A DNA stretch of 59,616 nt, counting the filler, from Sphacelaria rigidula (lineage: Eukaryota): assembly GCA_964200075.2 (NCBI GenBank). It is 5 parts of 5 records of this genome, joined end to end, with 100 filler letters (N's around TTAATTAATTAA, not from the genome) between each part and the next. Parts side by side here need not be neighbours in the genome. Positions count along the whole stretch, not along the records: positions 1 to 11,845 come from CAXNAA020004430.1; 4 more parts are not named here. One strand, given 5' to 3'. Each line of letters starts with the position of its first letter. The stretch's first letter is position 1. Shown here piece by piece: positions 1-10,170 of this stretch. The notes beneath the pieces are model-generated. The model saw nothing but the letters and a program-made list of their open reading frames with translations. It was not told the origin of the DNA and did not search any database. A program made the translations under genes and the position numbers.

Positions 1-58
1 CTTTGTAGGGATGCGAGGTCAATGGTCTGATGACTACGGCATGCATGATCATGAGCAC
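1..58 (-). repeat. Dispersed repeat family with GACCATTGACCTCGCATCCCTACAAAG motif (fragment)
   Basis: Reverse complement of the motif seen at 23717-23788, 53440-53540 and 54285-54360. Confidence 0.75.
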
Positions 59-59
59 A

Positions 60-283
60 CCCCCCCCCCAAAAGTGGCTGATTTGGGAAGACAAAATCTA
101 GTCGTGAATCGAACTGAAAAAAGCCCATCACAACGAGCAGCTGGGATATCCTATCCTTGGGTTCGTTTTCGCCAATGTCGCCCGTATGAGGCGCTTCTAG
201 CTGCCTGAAGCCAAACATCAGGCGCTGTATGGCCATTTTCTCAGTGACAATTTCGGGCCTTTTGGGGGGGGGGGGCTATCGTA
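60..283 (-). mobile_element. MITE with C/G-tract termini (family also at 23889-24028, 25000-25210, 26566-26818)
   Basis: Internal GGGTTCGTTTTCGCCAATGTCGCCC is the reverse complement of GGCGACATTGGCGAAAACGAACCC at ~25100; ends in GGGGGGCTATCGTA. Confidence 0.7.
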
Positions 284-603
284 AAAAGTGTCCAACCCGT
301 TTATTCGGGTATTGTTTTGACTGACCTGTCGATTTATTGTCGCACATTCACTGCTCCGTTACGACTCCAGCGATAGTCGGAAGCACATATCCTGAACAAA
401 AGATGACGTTGTCAAAAAGTGTACTGTGTACAGTATCGACCATCGCGTATTATAGCAACAGGCAAAAGTTTCTGTACTGTACGCAGTACATTTTTTGACA
501 CTGCAATCTTTTGTCTGGGGTGTGGTCGAAGGACAGACAGTGTCCACGGGAAAATACGCGGGATTCAAGGGTATGTTGGGTAGGGTAAATACCCGGGTAT
601 TCA

Positions 604-1073
604 GGCCACTCTGATGGGAGGCGTTCAAAATTCCTGTCGAAAACTGCCTTTTGGACCCTTCTCCGTCGATTTATGCCCGAAAAGAGAGCTAGACGGATGT
701 TGACGCCTCGGAATGACTCGCTCTGGTCGTTGAGACCGGTCTAGGGCAACTTTGCATTTTCCGCTGGCCGCACTTTTGTTTTGGCCAAATTAGGCCAAAC
801 ACGGATTTTCAGTAAAAAATGGTCAGGTTATCAAATTTTTCCCCTGTTTTTTTATCGCTGGACCGCTTTTTGTTGAAAATCCGTGTTTGGCCAAAAATGA
901 AAGTGCGGCCAGCTGGAAATGCAAAGTTGCCCTGGAACGGCCTCAATTAGTAGAGCAAGTCATTCCAAGGCGTCAATATTCGCCTTGCCCTCTTTTCAGG
1001 CGTACAACGACGGAGAAGGGCCAAAAAGGCAGTTTTGAACAGGAATTTTGAACGCCCCCCATTAGAGTCGGTC
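604..1073. mobile_element. Foldback MITE (~470 bp near-complete palindrome), PIF/Harbinger-like
   Basis: The left arm (CTCTGATGGGAGGCGTTCAAAATTCCTG...GCAACTTTGCATTTTCC...GGCCAAACACGGATTTTCA) is mirrored by the right arm (TGAAAATCCGTGTTTGGCC...GGAAATGCAAAGTTGC...CAGGAATTTTGAACGCCCCCATTAGAG). Flanked by TCA/TTA, resembling a TWA target duplication. Confidence 0.8.
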
Positions 1074-1142
1074 TTAGTCTCCCGAATTTTGTGTCGCAAT
1101 AGTCCGGTCTCCAAACTATACCCAAACAGTGGTTAAAGTTGG

Positions 1143-1497
1143 GTGTGTGTTGTGTTGTCCCATCTAGTCTGGACGCCCGTCTACATCTTTCGGTATATGT
1201 GGGCGTATCAGCCGGGGTCACACAGGAGGGAGGTCAATATAGGAGTTTTTATGTTTAATCTTGTTTTTGTCCTCGACCTTCCTTCTGCGGTGCTTGTCTT
1301 TATTTATTTTATCACGAGAGGAGTCCAGCGGTCCGTTTCTCTCGTCGACCGTGACGTCGAATCGTGTGTACCCATGACGTAGTCGCTCTCCACTGTTGGG
1401 CATGGTGTGAGAAGAATCCCAGATCGTGTGCTTCACCGAGATTTGAACCCACAACCCAACCGTAAAAAAAGTATTAAGACGAACTGAGCCACCGAGG
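1143..1497 (-). mobile_element. tRNA-derived SINE family A
   Basis: The minus strand begins GGTGGCTCAGTTCG (A-box)...GGGTTCAAATCTCG (B-box), has body CCCAACAGTGGAGAGCGACTA and ends in a (CA)-rich tail. Homologous copies at 42499-42858 and 50528-50812; fragments at 4901-5000 and 47781-47838. Confidence 0.75.
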
Positions 1498-1534
1498 AAA
1501 GGTTTGTCTGTGTGTGTGTTTTTTTTTCTTCCTC

Positions 1535-1824
1535 ACACTTTGAACTCTCTCCCTTCCTCGGGATGAGTCGGTGGTCTCAAGGGACCAGCCCATCTCTCCC
1601 CCGGTACGTGCCTTTCAATTTGGACTCGCGGATTGGGTCAGCACTTCCGCACCGCGTCAACTCACCTCACACAAACCCAGTCGACTACTTTGTTTACTCA
1701 CGTTCTCACGCTTTCCACGGTGGAAATCATACAATATGGAGAAAAAAACCGAACGCATCGGGAACGGAACCCCCGCTCTCTCCACCCTATAAGCAATATT
1801 TGGACCCTTACACCACCGGGGCGC
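1535..1824 (-). mobile_element. tRNA-derived SINE family B
   Basis: Minus-strand head GCGCCCCGGTGGTGTAAGGG...GGTTCCGTTCCCGATGCGTTCGG and body CCAATCCGCGAG...GATCCCTTGAGACCAC. Homologs at 3040-3320, 3490-3792, 41090-41372 and 53555-53810. Confidence 0.75.
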
Positions 1825-2897
1825 AATGTGTACGATGGCATTCCTCTAGTGTACCCAGTATCTGAGTGTTGTTGACTACAATCTCAATGTTTTACCCAAG
1901 CTGTGGGTAATTATATTACGATTTTCCGACATACGCACATGTAGCAAAGATTCCACCCAACACACCCGTGACGGGTTTTACTCGCAGAGGGGAACACTTG
2001 ACAAGGGAAAAACTTCATACTGTCATTTTTCAGTTATAATAGCCTAACATCCTCGTCATGCTCAAATGTTGCTGAGTTTTCTCATGTCACATATACCATG
2101 AGGTAAAAACCAGTGGTTCCACGGTAGGGGGCGCACAATTTTTTTCTGAGGCTCTGAACGTTAGGAGCTCTCGATGACTAACACCTGGGCCTTGGCGTGC
2201 AGCCTAAGAAAACTTGTGAAGTAAAAAGTGCGCCCCGACCGTAGAAGCACTCGAGCACGTTCCTGATATTTTCTCGCGTTCCGTAACCGCGGTCCCGTAA
2301 GCCTCTTCCACGACGAAGTTCTTTCGTTACCCAGACAGGTTTCAAGCTGAGATGATTCCCACAGGAGGCCGACACCGTACGGCAGTTGATATGTGCGTGT
2401 GTGCGTAACTCCAATACCCGAATTTGTTAGGAACCAGAGCGTCAACACCGAATTTCACCGACCACGAGCTGAGTTAGCCTGAAAGAGGAAGTAAACTCTC
2501 ACAGCCACATCTCATCGACGCAGACGAATTGGACCGTGATCCGCACATCTTGTTCATCTTTTCATCCAGGGGCAGATGCCCATCGGCTCTACAGCCCGAC
2601 CGTGTTTTTCTCACTGAATAAACGCCATGTCGAGTAAATCCCGTGACATACGGAGATAGGGTTCATGCTTAAAGCCTATACGAAAGCCCGAACGATATAT
2701 ATAGCGGATGCTGATGATGATTTTTGGTGTGAATATTCCCTGGAGCACGGGGAAACGATCGACACCCTTACCTTCACCTCACTCGTTATTTATCCAGAGA
2801 TCTGACGCACATATCATTACACAATGAAGTCAAAATATTACGAGTAAAAGCGCAACACGCACCTGAATTAAGGTGATAATCTGGCTGCAACCTACAG

Positions 2898-5800
2898 GAA
2901 CAGGTCCGCTCCTCGGCTGGCCCAGCTCGTAGCGGAACGGTGGCAAATATGAGACAAGTATTCAAACCTCTTCACTTTTGATAGCCACAACTCACAGTCC
3001 TGATATCATGGTCACATTTTTTTTTTTTCCGTCGTCCTTTCAACCCTTCCCCGTCCTCGAGACAAGTCCATGGTCGTCAAGGGATCAAACCCATCTCTCA
3101 TACATATCGCGGAGTGAATCATGACCATCAGCATTCTCACGCACTGCGTCGACTTCTGTCAAGATGGAGCCGTTTTGAAATTCACGTTCCCCCGTCTCTT
3201 AACGGCCAAGAGTCAGATACTTCTCTGGAAAATAACCCAAACGCATCTGCCGGGAGTCGAACCCCGTATTATTTCGACCGAATAATGGTTTCACTTGTAC
3301 CATTGGACCACGGGGGCGCGGCCCGGCGGAGTAATTATACATATTTTACATATTATTATTTTTATTTTTATCTTTATCTTTATCTTTATCTTTATCTTTA
3401 TCTTTATCTTTATCTTTATCTTTATCTTTATCTTTATCTTTATCTTTATCTTTATCTTTATCTTTGTCGTTATCTTTATCTTTATCTTGCACGTCGAACC
3501 CCTGTTCCTCCTCGGGACGAGTCCGTGGTCGCATGCGATCATCTCGTCTCTCCCCTCGGTACACGCCTTGCATTTTGTTGTCGCGGATTGGATCATGACT
3601 CGCACTCCCGCACTGCGTCGACTCTCGTCAGCCATCCTCAGGTCAACTACTTTCTTGTTTGCCCAGTTACTCACGCTTTCGACGGTAGTAATCAGATACT
3701 TCGAAGAATTTAACCGAACACATGAGGAATCGAATCCACGGTCTCTCCACCCTAATGGGAACATTCGGACCCATTACACCACCGAGACGCGGTAGTGATG
3801 TGAAGCTACAGTCCGAGCGTAGACACGTGAGCATGCGGTTATAAATACAACGTATACATGTTGTGTCTCTTGATTTTTCCCTCCTGATTAGTTCTTCCCG
3901 ATGCTGGTTGGTTGGTGTGTATGGTGACACGCTTTTTGTTGATCAGATTCGAACCCCGCCGGGCGAGGAGGTGCCGACTCTGGGAAAGCCGTTTAAGGAG
4001 AGCAAGGAAAGCAAGAACCGCAGAAAAAATGCCGACACTTCGGGAGGCTTCGGGAACTACGAAATGGTGTGACCATTATTCTAACCGGGGTATTCTCTGT
4101 TTGTGGTTTGTCATGCCCCATTTACATGTTTGGTCCCGCGCGTTATGTGCAAACAATGGACCCTGCCTCCGGTAGTCTCCATGGTCGCCTGCGGCTCCGA
4201 AACTTATGAGGTTATCCAGTTTTTTTTCTTCTTCTAATTTTGTATGTCGTTTGTGTGAATTTTTCAGGTCCGTTATTTTTATTATTTTTCCAGTGATTTG
4301 ATTTGATTTGATTTTGCTTGTCGCACTTTAACTGACCATCCAAGGGTCCAGCCGTGGTGGCATGATTAAATTTTATTTTTGGGTAGTTGACCTGTGACCA
4401 CGAAAGTCGTCCGCATCAGATGCCCAGTACGGAGTTCTGCGCAGATCTCCAGAACGGTTTTTAATGTGAAGGGAGCAACAACTGCTCCATGGGAAACACA
4501 GTGTTGAGCAGCAGGACAAGATCGATACCGTGCTGTAGGAGGCTTTGATGGGTACAAGCCGCTTTAGTCTGGCGTTCCATGAGACACCTCAAGTTCGTCT
4601 CCCTCTGTGATGGATCACATCCGGTTGTTTTCATTCCAAAATTGGCAAATGATCCTTGCTGTTGTTGTGGCTGAGATCGGATGCGAACATCGATGCGTCC
4701 ATGTACTCCGTGTCTTTGTCGCGGTGATGGAACAACCCCGAGTTCATTTCGTATCCCACCACCTCGTGTTTTACCGTCCATATTTCCTTTTTTTTCTGTG
4801 GCTGTCCCTGAGTCTGTCGGTAGTGTATGTGCAGACATCGTATACTGCGACTATCTCCCGGCGATTCCATGATTCGTTGCTCGTTTATTTTTCCCATCCT
4901 TGTGTTGACCTTCCTCCTGTCTGACCCGGGTTAATACGTCCACATACACCGAAAGGTGTACAATGGCGTACAGAATATAGATGGGATGATAACACACACA
5001 GGAACACATCCGAGTTTGTTCTCTTCTTATGATGTGCGTTTCTTTTGACATGGGGAGAATACCCGTCTGCAGCTCTCGTCACTGCGGTGAGATATTGCCG
5101 ACCAGGGGATTGATGTTTTCATGCCTGGTTACCGAGGATTTATTTTGCGTTTCGACCGTGGGTCTGAATAAAAAGGCTGATGCGACGGTTAAAAAACAGT
5201 GTGCGTGATATTTTGACCATTCGAGGTGGTCTATTTGTGAATAGGCATCATTTTCAATCGAATAAAGGACTGGAGAAATGATGTCGATTCACAAAATAAC
5301 CATCTTTAGCGGTCAGAGGGTTAACCCTTAGACCGCGAGGGAAGTCCATCTAGATCACGCATACTTTTCTCAAGTTAAACTGATGTCGATTCAATAGATG
5401 GCCTACTTTCGCCGTCCTAGGGTTAACCCCTTGACTTCGAGTGGTGGTCCATTTGTCAATCACCATATTTTTATTCCATTTTCGAGTGAATGTAATGCCG
5501 ATTCACAAGTCGAAGAGTTATTTTCTTTCCTCAAACCGCGAGCATAGGCCATCTGTTGAATAAGCGTTGCGTTTACTTGAGGAACAACTGCGTGGCCAGA
5601 TCACCTACCCTCGCGGTTAAAAGGTTAAGCTTGCAAGTCGTTGCCTACATCAGTTTGTTTTCCTGCCTTTGCAGAGGGTGTCACTGATGAACCTTTTTCT
5701 CGGGTTTCCCTCAATATTTGCGGGTCCCCGTATGTGCACTACACTACAGACGTCCTAGGGTTGAAGCTCTTAAGAGCATGGCAGCGCGTGGACTGCGCCA

Positions 5801-7168
5801 AGTTGATGGAGAGTTTCAGTGGTTCCGATCCCCACACTGCCTTGAGTAAAGTCTCCACAGGCACCGTAGGTAAGGTAGGTACCCGGTACCGGTATTTGAG
5901 ACATGTCATACCCTACCGATACCGGTCCAATCGGGTATTTTCGAATATCATACCTACGATACCCACGATACCACGGTATTTCGAGATTTCAATACCCACC
6001 GTACCCGCTCGATCAGGTATTTTCGAAACTCCTCCCTATGATACCTACGATACCACGGGTAAATCGAGATTTCAATATTTACCGTACCCGCTCAATCAGG
6101 TATTTTCAAAACTCATACCTGCGATACCCACGCATACCACGGTATGGGATACCCCGGTAAATACCGGCGGTACGCTCGGTACGGTACCTTACCTACGGTT
6201 CCCGTGAAAGCTTCCGAACGCTCGAGGCGTCTACCCCACATGACTGTCGCGAGGCAGTCTACCCAAGCCTCCGGATCATTGGCACACGAACCCGCTTGTG
6301 GGGTAAGTGCTGGGTTAGGTTTCCTCCTTCGTTCAAGGAGAGAAAAAAACAAACGTGCGTTGAAATATTTGAGTCAATTGCGTTTGTTCATGTAATTCGG
6401 CTGGAGTCTCTGAAAAAATGATGGGGGACTCTATGTCTTGTAAGGAATAGCAGCGACGGTATTGGAAAGACGAGCCTACGTCTGTGACCACGGGTTCGAG
6501 AGATGGGACTAATGTGCCGAAATAATAATAATAAAAGTACTCCATGACAAGGGTGTACTGTGCATTGCCGGGCCGACAGCGAGTGTCTGCAGTCATTTTC
6601 CACACGTCGGACAGCTCGTGAGCTATAGTACCTAAAATAACTAATCGAAGAGGACTCTCAGTTGTCCTTGTTAAAAAAAGACACGAAGTACGTGGCAGCA
6701 GGATGCGAGAAGTCGAAATGCCCCTTTTGTGCTGCTCCGAGTGCTCTGCATCCAGCGCTGTAGGGAGAACATTCAGTGAAAGGGGTCAGATGAGCTAGGT
6801 CATGATCCGGATCAGTACACCGATGATGAGTAATAACATGGTGGCCATACTAATCTCCTGTGTCACCTGTCTTTTCCCGTCTTGTCTTTTTTTGTCTTCT
6901 CTCTTCCTTTCTTTCGGTGTACATTTTTGACAGGTCTGGCGTTTGTTGTTTGTCTGTCTGTTTTTATTTATTTCTTTTCTCGCCCCGTTGAACTCGGGGG
7001 AGCTACTTCTCACCGGTTTTCGTGACGTCTCCCTTCTTTTTATTTGGCACTGGGCCCGCAGATAGGTGCAAGAATTATGAGTTGCAAGGTTTCTCGACCA
7101 ATCAGAGTCTTCAAATATACCAAAATGCGGCGACCTTTCTTCAATTAGATGAGAGATATGAGAGGGAG
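2898..7168 (+). CDS. Candidate exons of an unidentified gene
   Basis: AG/GT-bounded open segments at 2898-2957 (EQVRSSAGPARSGTVANMRQ), 3947-4066 (IRTPPGEEVPTLGKPFKESKESKNRRKNADTSGGFGNYEM) and 7066-7168 (CKNYELQGFSTNQSLQIYQNAATFLQLDERYERE) lie between repeats. No recognisable domain, and their linkage is unproven. Confidence 0.3.
3040..3320 (-). mobile_element. SINE family B copy (diverged)
   Basis: Head GCGCCCCCGTGGTCCAATGG...GGTTCGACTCCCGGCAGATGCG on the minus strand; 3' body similar to 1535-1824. Confidence 0.65.
3361..3487. repeat. (TTTATC)n hexanucleotide microsatellite, ~20 units
   Basis: Directly visible; forms the (GATAAA)n tail of the SINE B copy at 3490-3792. Confidence 0.97.
3490..3792 (-). 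mobile_element. SINE family B copy
   Basis: Alignable by eye to 1535-1824 (TCGCGGATTGG, CACGCTTTC, TCTCCACCCTA, GGACC.TTACACCACCG). Confidence 0.75.
4295..4366 (-). mobile_element. Retroelement 3' end with (CAAAT)n tail
   Basis: The reverse complement ATCATGCCACCACGGCTGGACCCTTGGATGGTCAGTTAAAGTGCGACAAGCAAAATCAAATCAAATC matches 48627-48705. Confidence 0.65.
5210..5628. mobile_element. Tandem array of ~4 ~100-bp piggyBac-like MITEs
   Basis: Units of form TTAA-CCC(T/C)T(A/T)GAC...GGG-TTAA share TTAA junctions at 5321-5324 and 5423-5426. Shared core CCAT...ATG(T/C)CGATTCA; solo copies at 50930-51039 and 55176-55287. Confidence 0.7.
5856..6206. mobile_element. hAT-like MITE built of ATACC subrepeats
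   Basis: TIRs CACAGGCACCGTAGGTAAGGTA / TACCTTACCTACGGTTCCCGTG; 8-bp near-duplication AAAGTCTC (5848-5855) / AAAGCTTC (6207-6214). Confidence 0.8.
6279..6350 (+). repeat. Short dispersed repeat with terminal hairpin and A-tail (probable retroelement 3' end); second copy at 12548-12620
   Basis: TTGGCACACGAAC.CGCTTG.G.GGTAAGTG...GGTTTCCTCCTTC.GTT.AAGGA..AAAAAAA occurs in both segments 1 and 2. Confidence 0.65.
6986..7042 (-). repeat. Short dispersed repeat (second copy at 47607-47665)
   Basis: CCGTTGAACTCGGGGGAGCTACTTCTCACCGGTTTTCGTG is identical in segments 1 and 4. Confidence 0.75.
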
Positions 7169-9767
7169 GTATATCAAAAAGCAGCTTTGATTGGTCTACA
7201 CATTGCGCCGCTGCGACACAGACAGCTGCTACCGGCAATAAACGAGGATACAGCAGCTCCGTGCTGGCTCAGTTTGTTTGTCCCAACCTGCACGCACCCG
7301 CCTGGCGTGTCTTCCCCGATCACAGCCCTCGACTATAACTGAAGTAGCAGAGAAGACTCAACAGACAGCTGTACAGCCGTCACGTGACGATTGTTCTAAC
7401 CCTTCTTTGTGTCGGCAGCACCTTGATCCCAGACCACTTCTGCTCAGCCCGAAACACGGCATGCAGCAGTGCAACTGCTCAAGCACCGCCAGTGCACATC
7501 GCACCGTGATCGTCGTAGAGCGTTTGGATGCCTAACAGCACAGCGAGAACTCCAGCATAGAAATGATGGGCATGCCGTAAACGTTTCAACCGTCTGTAGA
7601 GAGCACTGCGTGCCGACAACATTTTTTTTTTTCGGGAGAGCACTGCGTGCCAACAACATTATTTTTCATAGAGATGAACGGAATGACAACACAAAGCAAC
7701 TCAGGCACTCCCAGCGGAGATCAAACCGTCTCCACAAAGGCCTGAAGTCGCCACAGCGCAGCGACAGCTACATCACACAAGACAGAGCATGAGTGTGTTT
7801 GTGCTGCAGCACAGTGGTACAGGACATGTCCCATTCGATTGTTATTCCCCTGATTTCGGGTGGGTCCTCGATTTTTGCCCAGTGGCGATTTTCAAACGCT
7901 CGGCCATAATCGCGCTTCGCTCGAAGATATTTTAATTCACTTTGAGTTACCCCTACCTGTGGGAGGTGAGCCTATGTATCACTGTAACGAACGCTACTGT
8001 ATTCTCCTAGCTGTTGTCGCTGTACTTTGGGGGTGGTGTACGGCACTGCACTACTGAACTCTGCTCGCGTACTCTTTGTTCACGGCATGTTCTCGCAATA
8101 ACGGCTGTGCCATCATGTACTACCACACGGCATTATCATGTACTGTACTGATGGAGTGTTCTGCACTGTATTACCACAGGGTACCAAGGTACGACACTGT
8201 ACTCGAAGGATTGTTTACCGCCTGCCTGCTCTTCGGCTTTATGCACAAGTACGCAGTACCATACTCATGCAGAAAATGATCGTCTATGTACAGAACCGTT
8301 TCACAAATCTGTGGTACTGTACTGTCTGTACCATAAAACGGTCCCCCTGATTTTGTGTTCGCGAATTCGAGTTACCCCGATTCCCCCAATGTTTTCAAGA
8401 TCTGGGTATTAAAAAATGGAGATTCGTTGCCATGAAAGGTGTTCTTAGTCCTCCTCAATATTGTTGTTCCCCTTTCAATAAAATCGAAGCTTTTGTCATG
8501 GTGACATGTTCGTCCTATTAGCTCAAGTCATGTTCCGCAGTTTCAATTATCTGGAGCTCAGACAGGAGGTCATGGTGGGGAGAGGGTTATGCACTATCAG
8601 CTTCAACAGCTCGCTTCACGATCGATGCTCCACGTGGGAGAGAGCTGCATGGCGCACGAGATTCGCTGCAGCACATGTCGCAAGCAGTTTTTGATGAAAA
8701 TATGTCTGTATCCGCTAGAACAGGCCGAAGTTGGTGCAGGTTTCCAAAGATGCAGGCCCCATCCTGTGCGCATCGGTGTTGAAACACATCCTTGTGCCAT
8801 AAATGCGCTGTTTGCTGATGTCTTCGACACTGCTGCAAATCGGAGCGTGATGCCTTCGGCGGTACTACCTGCTCACTGCACAGCGGCGGAGTACACGGTG
8901 ACAAAGCACACCACAGGACGTCACATCCATGGACTATCCCTGTGCTGCATTGATTCCGCGCTGTCTTATGCAGTTCGCCACATCATGAACGCAACCGCTT
9001 GTATCTGCGGCCAACGTGTGCGCGTGATATCACCCCTCGCTACACGTTATATCGCTACGCCACATTTTGTAAAGCTGTCCGTGTTGTAGCTCCAGCGTGC
9101 GTTTGTCCTAGGTGGCGCCCGCAGGAGTGAAAGGCCGCCTCCGCTGATGCAATGGCTGCCTGTATCTTGGGCGAAGCTGTGTGGTAACACAGCCGCTATG
9201 GCGCGAAAGCCGCCGGAAGCATTTCACACCCTGGAAATCTTTAGTCACTGTTGTCTCGAAGTGTAGCGTTGCAGTAGCCGACTTCAAGTGCGAGTATTAG
9301 TATTGAACAAATTACAGTCGGCAATATATTCCATACTGTACACAGTACGCTTCTAAGGCTACTTCTTACATATATAAAAAATCTCTATTGAAAAACTCGC
9401 TTTCTGATAATGACCAAAAACCCACTTGTTATGTGATCAAAAACCGCGTTTCATGATGAGAAATTCTCTGATAACATTTCCGACAGCCCCAATTTATCAG
9501 ATTATCGTGATTTTCTGATAAGCTTGGGCTATCGAAAAAAGTCATTGATGAAGCGTTCGAACACAACTTACTGCCAACGACAGCACCTGTGATGGCTTCG
9601 CTGCCATCACTACTGCTGTCGCTAGAGCTCGCGGGCATTCAGCGTGTTGCATCACTTTCCTTCGCTCGCCAGTAACGTGGTGGCCCTTTACCCCATGAAA
9701 ACAGCAGAGGTCAGGGTCGATGACGACTGCTGTGCAAACAGGACAGTCTATATGTAGTCCGTACAAT

Positions 9768-10170
9768 GTTGTAGCTCAGTTCAGGTCTGTGCACGCAGCG
9801 TGTTGCGAACAGCCGTCGCAATGCTTGACAGACTGCTCACGCACCCACGCCTTGTAGAGACAGGACCAGACTTACAGTACACAAGGCAGAAAGATAGGTA
9901 GTGCTACTACAGTAGTATACCCAACGCATTCATCACAGTACTGTCTGTACTGTTGTCCGTGCTGCCCGTACAATCGAGTACTACGGTGCAGCGACGTTGC
10001 AGCTCAGTTCAGGTCTGTGCATGTAGCGTGTAGCGAACCGGCGTCGCTTTGCAGTACAGACTGCCTACGCACCTAAGCCTTGTAGATACAGGACCGTACT
10101 GACAGTACACACAAGACTACGAATAGTGCTACTGTTGTCCGTGCTGTCCGTATAATCGAGTACTACGGTG
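9768..10170. repeat. Tandem duplication of a ~200-bp unit
   Basis: GCTCAGTTCAGGTCTGTGCA...CCTTGTAGA.ACAGGACC...CTGTTGTCCGTGCTG.CCGTA.AATCGAGTACTACGGTG appears twice (9768-9988 and 9997-10170). Confidence 0.85.

Noticed and set aside
3114-3795. ORFs with YL/IK/IF/DK dipeptide runs
   Set aside because: They are translations of the (TTTATC)n microsatellite and flanking SINEs.
5210-5628. CRISPR-like repeat/spacer array
   Set aside because: The units are homologous along their whole length (no unique spacers), the context is eukaryotic and no cas genes are present.
5641-6207. 188-aa ORF with IPTIP repeats
   Set aside because: It runs through the ATACC-rich MITE, which is stop-poor because of its repeat composition.
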